DNA of 10,354 nucleotides from a virus (Duplodnaviria; Heunggongvirae; Uroviricota; Caudoviricetes): IMG/VR virus record IMGVR_UViG_2563366849_000004, positions 1 to 10,354 of that record; one strand, 5' to 3'. Shown piece by piece: positions 1 to 7,491 of this stretch (position 1 is its first letter; each line of letters starts with the position of its first letter). The notes under the pieces were generated by a model. It saw only the letters and a program-made list of their open reading frames with translations, ran no database searches and was not told where the DNA came from. The position numbers and the translations under genes were made by a program.

Positions 1-1158
1 ATGCTCACCGTTAAGCAGATTGAAGCAGCAAAGCCGAAAGAAAAACCATACCGCCTACTCGATGGTAATGGACTGTACCTTTATGTCCCTGTATCCGGGA
101 AAAAGGTATGGCAGCTTCGCTACAAGATTGACGGTAAGGAAAAAATACTGACCGTAGGAAAATATCCGCTTATGACTTTGCAGGAGGCAAGGGATAAAGC
201 ATGGACTGCGAGGAAAGACATCTCGGTTGGCATCGATCCGGTAAAGGCGAAAAAGGCCTCGTCTAACAACAATTCCTTTAGTGCAATTTACAAGGAATGG
301 TACGAGCACAAGAAGCAAGTCTGGTCAGTAGGATATGCAACTGAACTTGCAAAAATGTTTGATGACGACATTTTACCTATCATCGGCGGTCTTGAGATTC
401 AGGATATTGAGCCGATGCAACTGCTGGAAGTAATCCGCAGATTTGAAGATCGCGGTGCAATGGAGCGAGCCAACAAAGCCCGCAGAAGATGCGGCGAGGT
501 TTTCCGTTACGCTATTGTCACCGGAAGGGCTAAATATAACCCGGCACCTGACCTTGCTGACGCCATGAAGGGATACCGCAAGAAGAACTTCCCGTTTCTT
601 CCTGCAGACCAGATCCCGGCATTTAACAAAGCACTGGCAACATTTTCAGGAAGTATCGTATCGCTCATTGCGACCAAAGTTTTACGCTACACAGCCCTCA
701 GAACAAAAGAGCTTCGTTCCATGCTATGGAAGAACGTCGATTTTGAAAACAGGATTATCACCATCGACGCCAATGTGATGAAGGGACGCAAAATTCATGT
801 GGTCCCGATGTCAGACCAGGTGGTTGAACTTCTCACTACGTTAAGCTCCATCACCAAACCAGTATCAGAGTTTGTTTTTGCAGGGCGTAACGATAAGAAG
901 AAGCCAATCTGCGAGAACGCGGTGCTACTTGTGATCAAACAAATCGGCTATGAGGGGCTGGAAAGCGGTCACGGATTCAGGCATGAATTCAGCACGATTA
1001 TGAACGAGCACGAATGGCCTGCTGACGCTATTGAAGTGCAACTGGCACATGCCAACGGCGGATCTGTGCGTGGGATTTACAACCATGCTCAGTATCTTGA
1101 TAAGCGCAGAGAAATGATGCAGTGGTGGGCGGATTGGATTGATGAGAAGGTGGAGTGA
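1..1158 (+). CDS. intS: Tyrosine integrase, P4/CP4-57 family, IntS-like (385 aa)
   Basis: Full 385-aa ORF. N-terminus MLTVKQIEAAKPKEKPYRLLDGNGLYLYV is typical of the P4-like integrase arm-binding domain. C-terminal catalytic signature present (HGFRHEF ... IYNHAQY with the terminal Tyr). From memory it matches E. coli K-12 IntS almost residue for residue. Confidence 0.95.
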   Translation: MLTVKQIEAAKPKEKPYRLLDGNGLYLYVPVSGKKVWQLRYKIDGKEKILTVGKYPLMTLQEARDKAWTARKDISVGIDPVKAKKASSNNNSFSAIYKEWYEHKKQVWSVGYATELAKMFDDDILPIIGGLEIQDIEPMQLLEVIRRFEDRGAMERANKARRRCGEVFRYAIVTGRAKYNPAPDLADAMKGYRKKNFPFLPADQIPAFNKALATFSGSIVSLIATKVLRYTALRTKELRSMLWKNVDFENRIITIDANVMKGRKIHVVPMSDQVVELLTTLSSITKPVSEFVFAGRNDKKKPICENAVLLVIKQIGYEGLESGHGFRHEFSTIMNEHEWPADAIEVQLAHANGGSVRGIYNHAQYLDKRREMMQWWADWIDEKVE

Positions 1159-1182
1159 TCCACCTTAACCACTATAGAAGAG

Positions 1183-1228
1183 CACAAAGCCTTGCAAGCC
1201 AATGCAAAGCTTTGTGTGTCCCGTTTTT
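1183..1228 (+). terminator. Intrinsic terminator after int (8-bp stem, nested hairpin in the loop, T-run)
   Basis: cacaaagc (1183-1190) pairs with gctttgtg (1209-1216); the loop holds an inner inverted repeat ttgca/tgcaa; followed by cccgtttttgtctc. It sits between the convergent int and UmuD'-like genes. Confidence 0.5.
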
Positions 1229-1231
1229 GTC

Positions 1232-1618
1232 TCACATCACCGGACAATCATCAAACTCACCTGAACGCGCATCGTTGATGATGTAGGTGATCACCCCAAA
1301 TATCGCATCCGGGCTAGTTCCGTCATCGTGCACCGGTATCTCTTCACGTCTTCCTGTCTGTAAATCCTGCAGGTATGGCCTGGGTGATTTGCGATAACGC
1401 TTAATCCTCATCTCACCTTCCATTCTGCAAACAAGCAATGAGCCGTCACATGGCGTAAATGACGCATCAACTACCAACAAAGCGCCATTAAGAATACCTT
1501 CGCGGTAATGCGTTGCACCCGCTCGCATAAAGTACGTGGCAGCTGGCCTGGCTATGATGCGCTTGTCGAGAGATATGCGCTCTTCTACGTAATCCTGTGC
1601 AGGACTCGGGAATCCCAT
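1232..1618 (-). CDS. UmuD'-like (phage P1 HumD-type) S24 peptidase-fold protein, naturally lacking the UmuD N-terminal arm (128 aa)
   Basis: Translation MGFPSPAQDYVEERISLDKR..PAATYF...LLVVD...IFGVI aligns with E. coli UmuD starting exactly at the residue after the UmuD Cys24-Gly25 autocleavage site (UmuD CGFPSPAADYVEQRIDL...SATYFVKASGDSM...DLLIVD...VFGVV). The position of the catalytic Ser (GDSM) reads GATHY here. Strong SD GGAGGTGA lies 5 nt upstream of the ATG. A LexA box lies immediately upstream. Confidence 0.8.
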   Translation of the reverse strand: MGFPSPAQDYVEERISLDKRIIARPAATYFMRAGATHYREGILNGALLVVDASFTPCDGSLLVCRMEGEMRIKRYRKSPRPYLQDLQTGRREEIPVHDDGTSPDAIFGVITYIINDARSGEFDDCPVM

Positions 1619-1635
1619 AACTCACCTCCGATAGG

Positions 1636-1655
1636 TACTGTATATGCATACAGTA
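1636..1655 (-). promoter_or_regulatory. LexA operator (SOS box) in the promoter of the UmuD'-like gene
   Basis: TACTGTATATGCATACAGTA fits the E. coli LexA consensus CTGT-N8-ACAG with an AT-rich centre; it sits 18-37 nt upstream of the ATG at 1618. Confidence 0.8.
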
Positions 1656-1767
1656 TTATCGATCGGCGGTACCGATCAACATGAAATTTTCGTGAAGTTG
1701 TTACTGAGCGCTTAGGGATGGTGTAAGCTGTTGATGTTAGTTTGCTCTCAACAAGTTGCTAACAAAT

Positions 1768-1797
1768 AAGCCCAGGATGTTTATGCACTCTGGGCTT
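1768..1797 (-). terminator. Putative terminator downstream of the acetyltransferase/tailspike operon
   Basis: 8-bp stem aagcccag/ctgggctt with a 14-nt loop, flanked by T-rich sequence on both strands. Immediately 3' of the acetyltransferase stop on the minus strand. Confidence 0.4.
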
Positions 1798-1804
1798 CAA
1801 CTTT

Positions 1805-2842
1805 TTATGCTGTTTGTTTTTTATTCATTCTATAGCTATTAATAGATGCCATGATTCTATGTCTTAGGTTTTCACATGGCTCTTCAATAAGATAGAAGCT
1901 TATAGCTCCAAATCCTACGCATGCAATTATTGATACAATAAAAATAACAACATTGTCATGATTAAATGGTGCGATCCTGAAAAGTATAAGCAAGTGCCAT
2001 AGGTAGATTGAAAAACTCCACTTTCCTAAGTACGTCATCACTTTAGACTGCATTAACCATCCAAAGACCCCCTTCCCATAGCACAGCAGGTAAACCATAA
2101 TCGCTAGTAGTGGCGCGAAGTACACAAATTTATTTGTAATCATAAATTTTTCACTGGAACCTAGCACATTCATAAAATATGGTGAAACAGAAAAACATGC
2201 TATCACAGTGAGAATGCAGAATGCGTCTGAGGCAAAAGCATTTATATTTAGTTTATTCATTCTCATGAATAAACATGATATTGCCATACCGCACAGAAAC
2301 ACAGGAATATACCATGTTACTTTCCCGCCAAGGGCAAGATTGGTGTATGGATAGAAATACTGATGTATACAACCTAACAAGATTAGGAATAGAACACCAT
2401 TCAAAGCGCCGAATCTATTCGATATCTTTATTGATACAAATGCAATGACAGGAAGTATGAAATAGAACACATACTCTACAGGTATAGTCCAGAAGTGAGC
2501 GTACGAACCTGAGAATGTTATTATTTTATTTAAAGTATCTTCTTTAAACAATCCCGCCCAATAGTAGACGTATACCGCCAAGAAAAACACAGGCAGAATT
2601 CGCAACGAACGCCCAAGAACGTAGCTTGCCAATGAAGTTAATGAGAACCCAGTCACAAAAAAACGATTTGTAAGCAAGAATGCACTAAGCACAAAGAACA
2701 ACCACACGCCAAATTGGGCCGTTCCTGACAAGCTGGCATTTATACTTGGAAAAAAAAGCCCAGTAGCATGGAGAACTAGCACGTTTAACAGCGCCAGCCC
2801 TCTCACTCCTTCAAGCGTTTTGATTTTATTAGACATGACCAT
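1805..2842 (-). CDS. Acyltransferase-3 family integral membrane O-antigen acetyltransferase (Oac/OafA-like), 345 aa
   Basis: N-terminal KTLEGVRGLALLNVLVLHATG carries the R...H motif typical of the acyltransferase-3 family. The protein is hydrophobic throughout with multiple predicted TM helices. Position just downstream of the tailspike mirrors phage Sf6 (tailspike-oac). The gene is clearly more AT-rich than its neighbours. Start could be the second Met (MSNKIK...). Confidence 0.8.
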   Translation of the reverse strand: MVMSNKIKTLEGVRGLALLNVLVLHATGLFFPSINASLSGTAQFGVWLFFVLSAFLLTNRFFVTGFSLTSLASYVLGRSLRILPVFFLAVYVYYWAGLFKEDTLNKIITFSGSYAHFWTIPVEYVFYFILPVIAFVSIKISNRFGALNGVLFLILLGCIHQYFYPYTNLALGGKVTWYIPVFLCGMAISCLFMRMNKLNINAFASDAFCILTVIACFSVSPYFMNVLGSSEKFMITNKFVYFAPLLAIMVYLLCYGKGVFGWLMQSKVMTYLGKWSFSIYLWHLLILFRIAPFNHDNVVIFIVSIIACVGFGAISFYLIEEPCENLRHRIMASINSYRMNKKQTA

Positions 2843-2914
2843 TCACAGAAATTTTCAAAGAGAATAATCATACCCAATAAACACCATATAAGACTAGCCT
2901 TCCATGGCTAATTC

Positions 2915-5032
2915 TTACTTCGTTGCAGTCGTGAAGGTGTTGTAAGTGATTGTTCCGGTTCCGCTGTTTACAATATTCGCAGCCGCAATGAAGGGTTCGT
3001 GGCAGGTTATGCTTGTAGCGCCAGATGTTTCAATGGCTTTCGTTACTGTTCTAATGTTGTTGCAACTGGTTCTCAGTGAGGCTCCTCCTGCTGCAGCTAT
3101 CCCTACACCTGCTGTATCTGAACTGTCCGTGGAGCAGTTTGTTGCATAAAGAATTGTGCCTCCATTGAAATAGATGGCTGGTCTTGCTGCGGACATTAAA
3201 GCCTGATGTGTCGAAATTGTTGCTCTTGTGCATGTCCCAAAATATGAGCCACAAAGCGCTGCTGCTAATGGCGCTTCTTCATTCCCGGTTGTTACCAGGT
3301 TCACAACATTGAAAGCCTTGCACAGTGACCCTGAACCTTGTGCCTTATTGCTGCTTATCACATGGTGAGATCCTCCATTATGAACAAGGCAAGCATCAAC
3401 TATGCAGTCATAAAACACGTTGCCTTCATCAACAAGGTTGTTGCAGTTGAAGAAGTTGGCGCCATAGCTTACGGCATCTGACACTGCTGACAGCGTCATG
3501 GTGTCGCCCATCGCACGGTGTTCATTTCCTTTATATATTACATCCTGGTAATACTGAATTGCCGGTCCTCTTGCTCTCCCTGAGAACTTGTTGTTTGTAA
3601 AAGATACGGATAATCTCTTTGCGAAATCAACCGCAGACCCGCGCATTGTAACCAGCTCTAATGTCGCGCCGGTTGCTCTGGAATCGTTTCCAATCACGCA
3701 TTTATCAACATATATCTCGCGATGACTCGCCTGTAAATAAAGCTCATATGTGTTGTTATTGCGAATTGTACTGTTAGTGACCCACATGCTGATGACATAT
3801 CCATTGTCGTCTGTGTGAATCCCGCGTTGATTTGCTGCTACGTAGCAGTTATCTATATAGACTCGCCTGGCTCCGGAGTTGTGAATGTGGATTCCAGCGT
3901 ATAGGTTGTTAGTTAAGTAACAGTATCTAACGAAGCAATTATCGGCATATGACCATATAGCGTTCCCGGTAGCATCGAAAGCGCAATAAAGATAGTTACC
4001 TGAACTATCAGCTCCTGATACTGATTTCTGGCCTGTAGCAACATCGATTTGTATATGAGCAAGTGTTGACGCACTATCAGCATACACGCGTTCTATAACG
4101 CAGTTTTTTGTCCCTGTAGCGTCTACAGTATGAAGGTAACAGTATTCAGTGCGCACATTTTGGATGAGTATATTTCGGCACTTTGGAAGTCCGATTCCGT
4201 TACCCCTCAAATACCCTGTTGCAAGTCTCAGGTTTTTGATTATTACGTTATCAGAATAGTCTGTATCATTCCCTTGGGCGTAATACTTACCAAGAAGGAA
4301 AGACGCCTCGTCTGCAGTCTCGGGGCAGTCCCATATAATCCTGGCACCTTGAAAATCAAAAATAAGATTTGAGCCGAAAAGAAGGGAATAGGTTAATCGA
4401 TACGATTTATAAGGTGTAAATTTTATCACACCTCCACCTGCCAACTCTGCAGCGTTAATAGCTGCCTGGATTGCTGCGGTATCTGATGTTCCTGATATTA
4501 CATTACCTGGTGTGCCAGTTCCTGTAATCACTCCATCACCTACCGCGCCATAGCTATCTACATGATAAATACCATCGTTTACATTATTGATTTTGGATAG
4601 GCTAGTATTTATTGATTCAATAACCTGCTCAAGGTTCTGATCTCCATAACCGATAAGCGACGCACCATCAGGACCAGCCAAATCCTGTCTAAGTTGGTCG
4701 GGATCGTATTTCAGCACGTTCGGATAATAAAACTGCAGGGAACCATAAGCATCATAAACAGCCATGGAGTGACCCTGCACCGTCACAAATTTGGCAATGT
4801 TACCGTTATAAACTGGGTATCCACCTGCGTTCACAACTATCGGCTGAGGAACTGGAATGTGACTTCCATCCTCATTTTCAAGATATACCTGAACTTGGTT
4901 TGATGGGATTGTGGGGTCAGTATCAATCTGACCAATATAGATTTTACCGTTTGCCACGGCTTTGAAAGAGCGAGCCATTGTGAAGATCTGGCTCGGCATC
5001 GATACTACGACATTGGCAGTGATATCTGACAT
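2915..5032 (-). CDS. Tailspike protein with P22/Sf6/HK620-type head-binding N-terminal domain and a beta-helix (pectate-lyase-like) receptor-binding domain, 705 aa
   Basis: N-terminus [40 protein letters not shown]...[15 protein letters not shown]...NVLKYDPDQ closely matches the P22 gp9 / HK620 / Sf6 tailspike head-binding domain (recalled from memory). The central region has [22 protein letters not shown] and is N/G-rich, typical of right-handed beta-helix glycanases. SD AGGAG lies 8 nt upstream of the ATG. Confidence 0.9.
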   Translation of the reverse strand: MSDITANVVVSMPSQIFTMARSFKAVANGKIYIGQIDTDPTIPSNQVQVYLENEDGSHIPVPQPIVVNAGGYPVYNGNIAKFVTVQGHSMAVYDAYGSLQFYYPNVLKYDPDQLRQDLAGPDGASLIGYGDQNLEQVIESINTSLSKINNVNDGIYHVDSYGAVGDGVITGTGTPGNVISGTSDTAAIQAAINAAELAGGGVIKFTPYKSYRLTYSLLFGSNLIFDFQGARIIWDCPETADEASFLLGKYYAQGNDTDYSDNVIIKNLRLATGYLRGNGIGLPKCRNILIQNVRTEYCYLHTVDATGTKNCVIERVYADSASTLAHIQIDVATGQKSVSGADSSGNYLYCAFDATGNAIWSYADNCFVRYCYLTNNLYAGIHIHNSGARRVYIDNCYVAANQRGIHTDDNGYVISMWVTNSTIRNNNTYELYLQASHREIYVDKCVIGNDSRATGATLELVTMRGSAVDFAKRLSVSFTNNKFSGRARGPAIQYYQDVIYKGNEHRAMGDTMTLSAVSDAVSYGANFFNCNNLVDEGNVFYDCIVDACLVHNGGSHHVISSNKAQGSGSLCKAFNVVNLVTTGNEEAPLAAALCGSYFGTCTRATISTHQALMSAARPAIYFNGGTILYATNCSTDSSDTAGVGIAAAGGASLRTSCNNIRTVTKAIETSGATSITCHEPFIAAANIVNSGTGTITYNTFTTATK

Positions 5033-5127
5033 TTACTGTGCTCCTGGCGCAGCAAAGCCGCACAAGCTAAATCTTGCGCAGCGTTGCGTTAAGGTCGGTT
5101 ATAATTGTTTAAAAGAGTGGAGGATTT

Positions 5128-5199
5128 ATGGAACGAGACTGGTTGAATTTTGCTTTCTTAATCTTCGGTATCTGTGTGGGTATAGCCCTATTCACTTAA
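5128..5199 (+). CDS. Candidate 23-codon hydrophobic small ORF (MERDWLNFAFLIFGICVGIALFT)
   Basis: ATG at 5128 preceded by SD GTGGAGGA with a 4-nt spacer and a TATAAT-like hexamer at 5100-5105. Encodes a single predicted TM helix. Not in the ORF track because it is below the size cut-off. Divergent from the tailspike. Confidence 0.2.
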   Translation: MERDWLNFAFLIFGICVGIALFT

Positions 5200-5394
5200 T
5201 GCCTCAGATTTCGCGCCCTGAGCGAATGAGTTAACTACTCGCTCAACATCAGATAACGCTTTCTCAAAGGCTGTAGAGCCTCTTGGAGTGTTGGCCAGGC
5301 GAAGCATTGCATTACGTGCTGGCTCGCTCTCATACATCCTTGCAAGCAAGCCATAGTCGGCCTTTATTTTTGGCACTAACAACAGAATAAACAC
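5188..5394 (-). other. Possible 3' remnant of an upstream gene at the module junction (68 codons, GTG-initiated in the track)
   Basis: The ORF has no convincing SD at either the GTG (5394) or the first ATG (5337). It lies where, in P22-like genomes, the gene preceding the tailspike would end. Identity unknown. Confidence 0.2.
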
Positions 5395-5400
5395 TGCACT

Positions 5401-5428
5401 GTGTATTCATTCCAACGAGTGAATACAC
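5401..5428. repeat. Perfect 9-bp inverted repeat (gtgtattca N10 tgaatacac)
   Basis: Read directly from the sequence. No U-run follows on the + strand, so it is not an obvious + terminator. Sits at the boundary between the minus-strand cargo block and the + early operon. Confidence 0.5.
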
Positions 5429-5490
5429 GGAGCAATGTCGCTCGTAACTAAACAGGAGCCGACTTGTTCTGATTATTGGAAATCTTCTTT

Positions 5491-5516
5491 GCCCTCCAGT
5501 GTGAGGGCTTTTTTAT
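5491..5516 (+). terminator. Intrinsic terminator (orphan, + strand)
   Basis: GC-rich 6-bp stem gccctc/gagggc with a 6-nt loop, followed by tttttt. The reverse complement has no U-run, so it is + specific. No annotated + gene lies upstream of it. Confidence 0.6.
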
Positions 5517-5580
5517 ATGCATACCAATAACGCTTCACTCGAGGCGTTTTCGTTATGCAATCAAACAGAAGGAGCATCCT

Positions 5581-5751
5581 ATGCAACAGTTCGCTATTGC
5601 AGGGGCGGCATCGGTTCGCCCTTTCAACCCGATTTTATCGGTACAGCATTCACGAAAAAATATTTTAACCGGAGCAGACTTTAAACAACCAAGAATGAAA
5701 AGTTTGCTCGAAAAGCTTTGGGATATTTTGAAACAACAAGGCCGTCCATGA
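5581..5751 (+). CDS. Hypothetical small early protein (56 aa)
   Basis: ATG at 5581 preceded by SD AAGGAG with a 6-nt spacer. The track ORF 5476..5751 extends upstream across the terminator hairpin, which is unlikely to be coding. Stop overlaps the next ATG (ATGA). Confidence 0.4.
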   Translation: MQQFAIAGAASVRPFNPILSVQHSRKNILTGADFKQPRMKSLLEKLWDILKQQGRP

Positions 5752-5918
5752 GTTTTACGGATAACTGGTCAGACGAAGAATTCATTCGTCAGATGAAAGA
5801 TTTAATCGGTAACGAAGGAGATATTCATGTCACTTGCAACCACAGTGAAGGAGAGCAAGTTACAGAGACGCATGTACACGCAGCAGGCGTTAATGTATCG
5901 CCAGAAGGGAGATCGTGA
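5748..5918 (+). CDS. Hypothetical small acidic protein (56 aa), alternative A
   Basis: ATG at 5748 overlaps the stop of the preceding ORF (ATGA coupling). Overlaps alternative B in a different frame for 92 nt; only one of the two is likely real. Confidence 0.3.
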   Translation: MSFTDNWSDEEFIRQMKDLIGNEGDIHVTCNHSEGEQVTETHVHAAGVNVSPEGRS

Positions 5919-5997
5919 AGGTGTTCGCGTATTTTTGAATGCGGCAAAGACTGAAGTATTAAATCAGCGTTATTTCCTTGGGCCATGTCCATTCTGA
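5827..5997 (+). CDS. Hypothetical small basic protein (56 aa), alternative B
   Basis: ATG at 5827 preceded by SD AAGGAG with a 6-nt spacer; ends 10 nt before the erf ATG. Not in the ORF track (below cut-off). Confidence 0.3.
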   Translation: MSLATTVKESKLQRRMYTQQALMYRQKGDREGVRVFLNAAKTEVLNQRYFLGPCPF

Positions 5998-6007
5998 GAA
6001 CAATCAT

Positions 6008-6613
6008 ATGAGCAAAGAATTTTACGCAAGACTGGCTGCCATTCAGGAGAATCTGAACGCGCCAAAGAATCAGTACAACTCATTCGGCAAATATAAATAC
6101 AGAAGCTGCGAAGACATTCTTGAAGGCGTTAAGCCGTTACTGAATGGCCTGTTTTTATCAATCAGCGATGAAGTTGTGTTGATTGGTGATCGGTATTACG
6201 TGAAAGCCACGGCAACTATTACCGATGGCGAAAACAGTCATACGGCAACCGCTCTTGCACGAGAGGAAGAAAGCAAGAAAGGAATGGATTCTGCACAAGT
6301 TACGGGAGCTACAAGCTCTTATGCACGCAAGTATTGCCTCAATGGTTTATTCGGCATTGATGATGCTAAAGATGCAGATACCGACGAGCATAAACATCAG
6401 CAGAACGCAGCAGCAAAGCAATCAAAACCATCACCTACACCTGAACAGGTTCTAAAAGCATTCACTGACGCAGCAATGCAGAAAAACACCGTAGAAGAGC
6501 TTAAACAGGCGTTCGCCAAAGCGTGGAAGATGCTCGAAGGCACACCGGAGCAGCACAAAGCGCAGGACGTTTACAACATCAGACGAGACGAATTAGAAGG
6601 AGCGGCTGCTTAA
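6008..6613 (+). CDS. erf: Erf-family single-strand annealing recombinase (201 aa)
   Basis: MSKEFYARLAAIQENLNAPKNQYNSFGKYKYRSCEDILEGVKPLL...GATSSYARKYCLNGLFGIDDAKD closely resembles P22 Erf as I recall it. The true start is the ATG at 6008, not the upstream TTG used by the ORF track. Confidence 0.9.
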   Translation: MSKEFYARLAAIQENLNAPKNQYNSFGKYKYRSCEDILEGVKPLLNGLFLSISDEVVLIGDRYYVKATATITDGENSHTATALAREEESKKGMDSAQVTGATSSYARKYCLNGLFGIDDAKDADTDEHKHQQNAAAKQSKPSPTPEQVLKAFTDAAMQKNTVEELKQAFAKAWKMLEGTPEQHKAQDVYNIRRDELEGAAA

Positions 6614-6996
6614 TGGCACATTCGATTACTGTAAGACTAAACAAGCCCGCAAGAGAGTTTCAGGCCGGGGAAAATATCGGATTCAACATCCGTGCTGGCG
6701 TTCAGTATTACGATCGCCAGACAAAAAAGAAAGAATGGACAAACTACAGCGCCGTTGTATTTGCCAAGCCGGGAGCGCAAGCGGATTACTACCGTAGTGT
6801 TCTTGTTGAAGGTGGCATTGTGGAAATTACCGGAGAAAACATCAGGGTTGATGTTTATCAGGGGCAAAATGGTCAATCAATCACTCTTGAATTACTGAAT
6901 GCAAAGATTGGATTTGCAACTTCAGGAAACAGCCAACAGCAGCAAAGTAGCAATCATCAAAATAATCCTGAATACGACGATTCAATTCCCTTCTAA
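6613..6996 (+). CDS. Compact SSB-like OB-fold protein with an acidic SSB-type C-terminal tail (127 aa)
   Basis: ATG overlaps the erf stop (TAATG). C-terminus ...QQQQSSNHQNNPEYDDSIPF mimics the conserved bacterial SSB tip (DDDIPF) after a Q/N-rich linker. The track ORF 6523..6996 uses an implausible upstream start inside erf. Confidence 0.75.
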   Translation: MAHSITVRLNKPAREFQAGENIGFNIRAGVQYYDRQTKKKEWTNYSAVVFAKPGAQADYYRSVLVEGGIVEITGENIRVDVYQGQNGQSITLELLNAKIGFATSGNSQQQQSSNHQNNPEYDDSIPF

Positions 6997-7019
6997 ATTA
7001 GCAAAATAAGGATTCCATT

Positions 7020-7316
7020 ATGCCAGCGCCTCTGTATGGTGCGGATGACGCGCGCCGCTGTTCCGGCAATTCCGTATCGGAGGTGCTGGAAAATATCAAG
7101 AATAATCTCGACGCGTTTCTTGCTCTGCCACCAGAAACAAAAGCAGAACGGAAGTACCGACGCGATATACAACTCGCAGAAAAACAGGAAAAATACCGAA
7201 TAAACGAAACATCAATCCGACCATTCCGCAAAGCCATATATACCCACTTCCCTGAATATATCGACCCGCGCCTGCGTAATTACCGCTCACGCTATGGCGC
7301 TATCAGTAATGACTGA
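7020..7316 (+). CDS. Hypothetical early protein (98 aa)
   Basis: ATG preceded by SD AAGGA with an 8-nt spacer. Part of a co-directional, tightly packed operon. No recognisable domain. Confidence 0.6.
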   Translation: MPAPLYGADDARRCSGNSVSEVLENIKNNLDAFLALPPETKAERKYRRDIQLAEKQEKYRINETSIRPFRKAIYTHFPEYIDPRLRNYRSRYGAISND

Positions 7317-7326
7317 GGAATTTACC

Positions 7327-7491
7327 ATGAGAGGACTTGCATACAATCCCGGCATTCTTCCGGCAGAAATGATTATTCGCCAACGCGTAAAGCCAATGCC
7401 ATCGAGAGAGGAATTGCTTAAGAGAAATTCTTTTCCATCAGTGAATCAAAACAAATATCTGAATGCGATGTTGCGGAGTGGGAAGAAATGA
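7327..7491 (+). CDS. Hypothetical small protein (54 aa)
   Basis: ATG at 7327 preceded by SD GAGGAA with a 7-nt spacer. Stop overlaps the next gene's ATG (ATGA). The track start at 7294 lacks an SD. Confidence 0.5.
   Translation: MRGLAYNPGILPAEMIIRQRVKPMPSREELLKRNSFPSVNQNKYLNAMLRSGKK

Noticed and set aside
55-318. 87-aa minus-strand ORF inside the integrase gene
   Set aside because: Fully antisense to a well-supported 385-aa integrase ORF, with no independent signals; typical shadow ORF.
1656-1680. Two GATC sites flanking GGTACC upstream of the LexA box, as a possible Dam/OxyR phase-variation switch
   Set aside because: Only two sites with no recognisable OxyR half-sites; the LexA box explains regulation of this promoter.
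2946-5234. Plus-strand ORFs 2946..3149, 4130..4372, 4694..4903 and 4962..5234, and minus ORF 3051..3254, overlapping the tailspike
   Set aside because: All lie within or antisense to the continuous 705-aa tailspike frame, whose N-terminus matches known tailspikes; no SDs noted.
5476-5751. Track start of the 91-aa ORF at 5476
   Set aside because: The first 35 codons span the intrinsic terminator hairpin and have no RBS; the internal ATG at 5581 with AAGGAG is preferred.
5825-6007. 60-aa minus-strand ORF antisense to the small ORFs upstream of erf
   Set aside because: Antisense to better-supported + strand ORFs, with no RBS.
5978-6613. Track start of erf at 5978 (TTG), giving a 211-aa product
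   Set aside because: The Erf N-terminus begins at MSKEFYARLA (ATG 6008); the upstream extension is a non-ATG artefact.
6523-6996. Track start of the SSB-like ORF at 6523, giving a 157-aa product
   Set aside because: The extension lies inside erf in another frame; the ATG at 6613 overlapping the erf stop is the likely start.
6225-7290. Shadow ORFs 6225..6455(+), 6637..6876(-), 6692..6898(+), 6998..7237(-) and 7096..7290(-)
   Set aside because: They overlap the well-supported erf, SSB-like and 98-aa genes in alternative frames or antisense.
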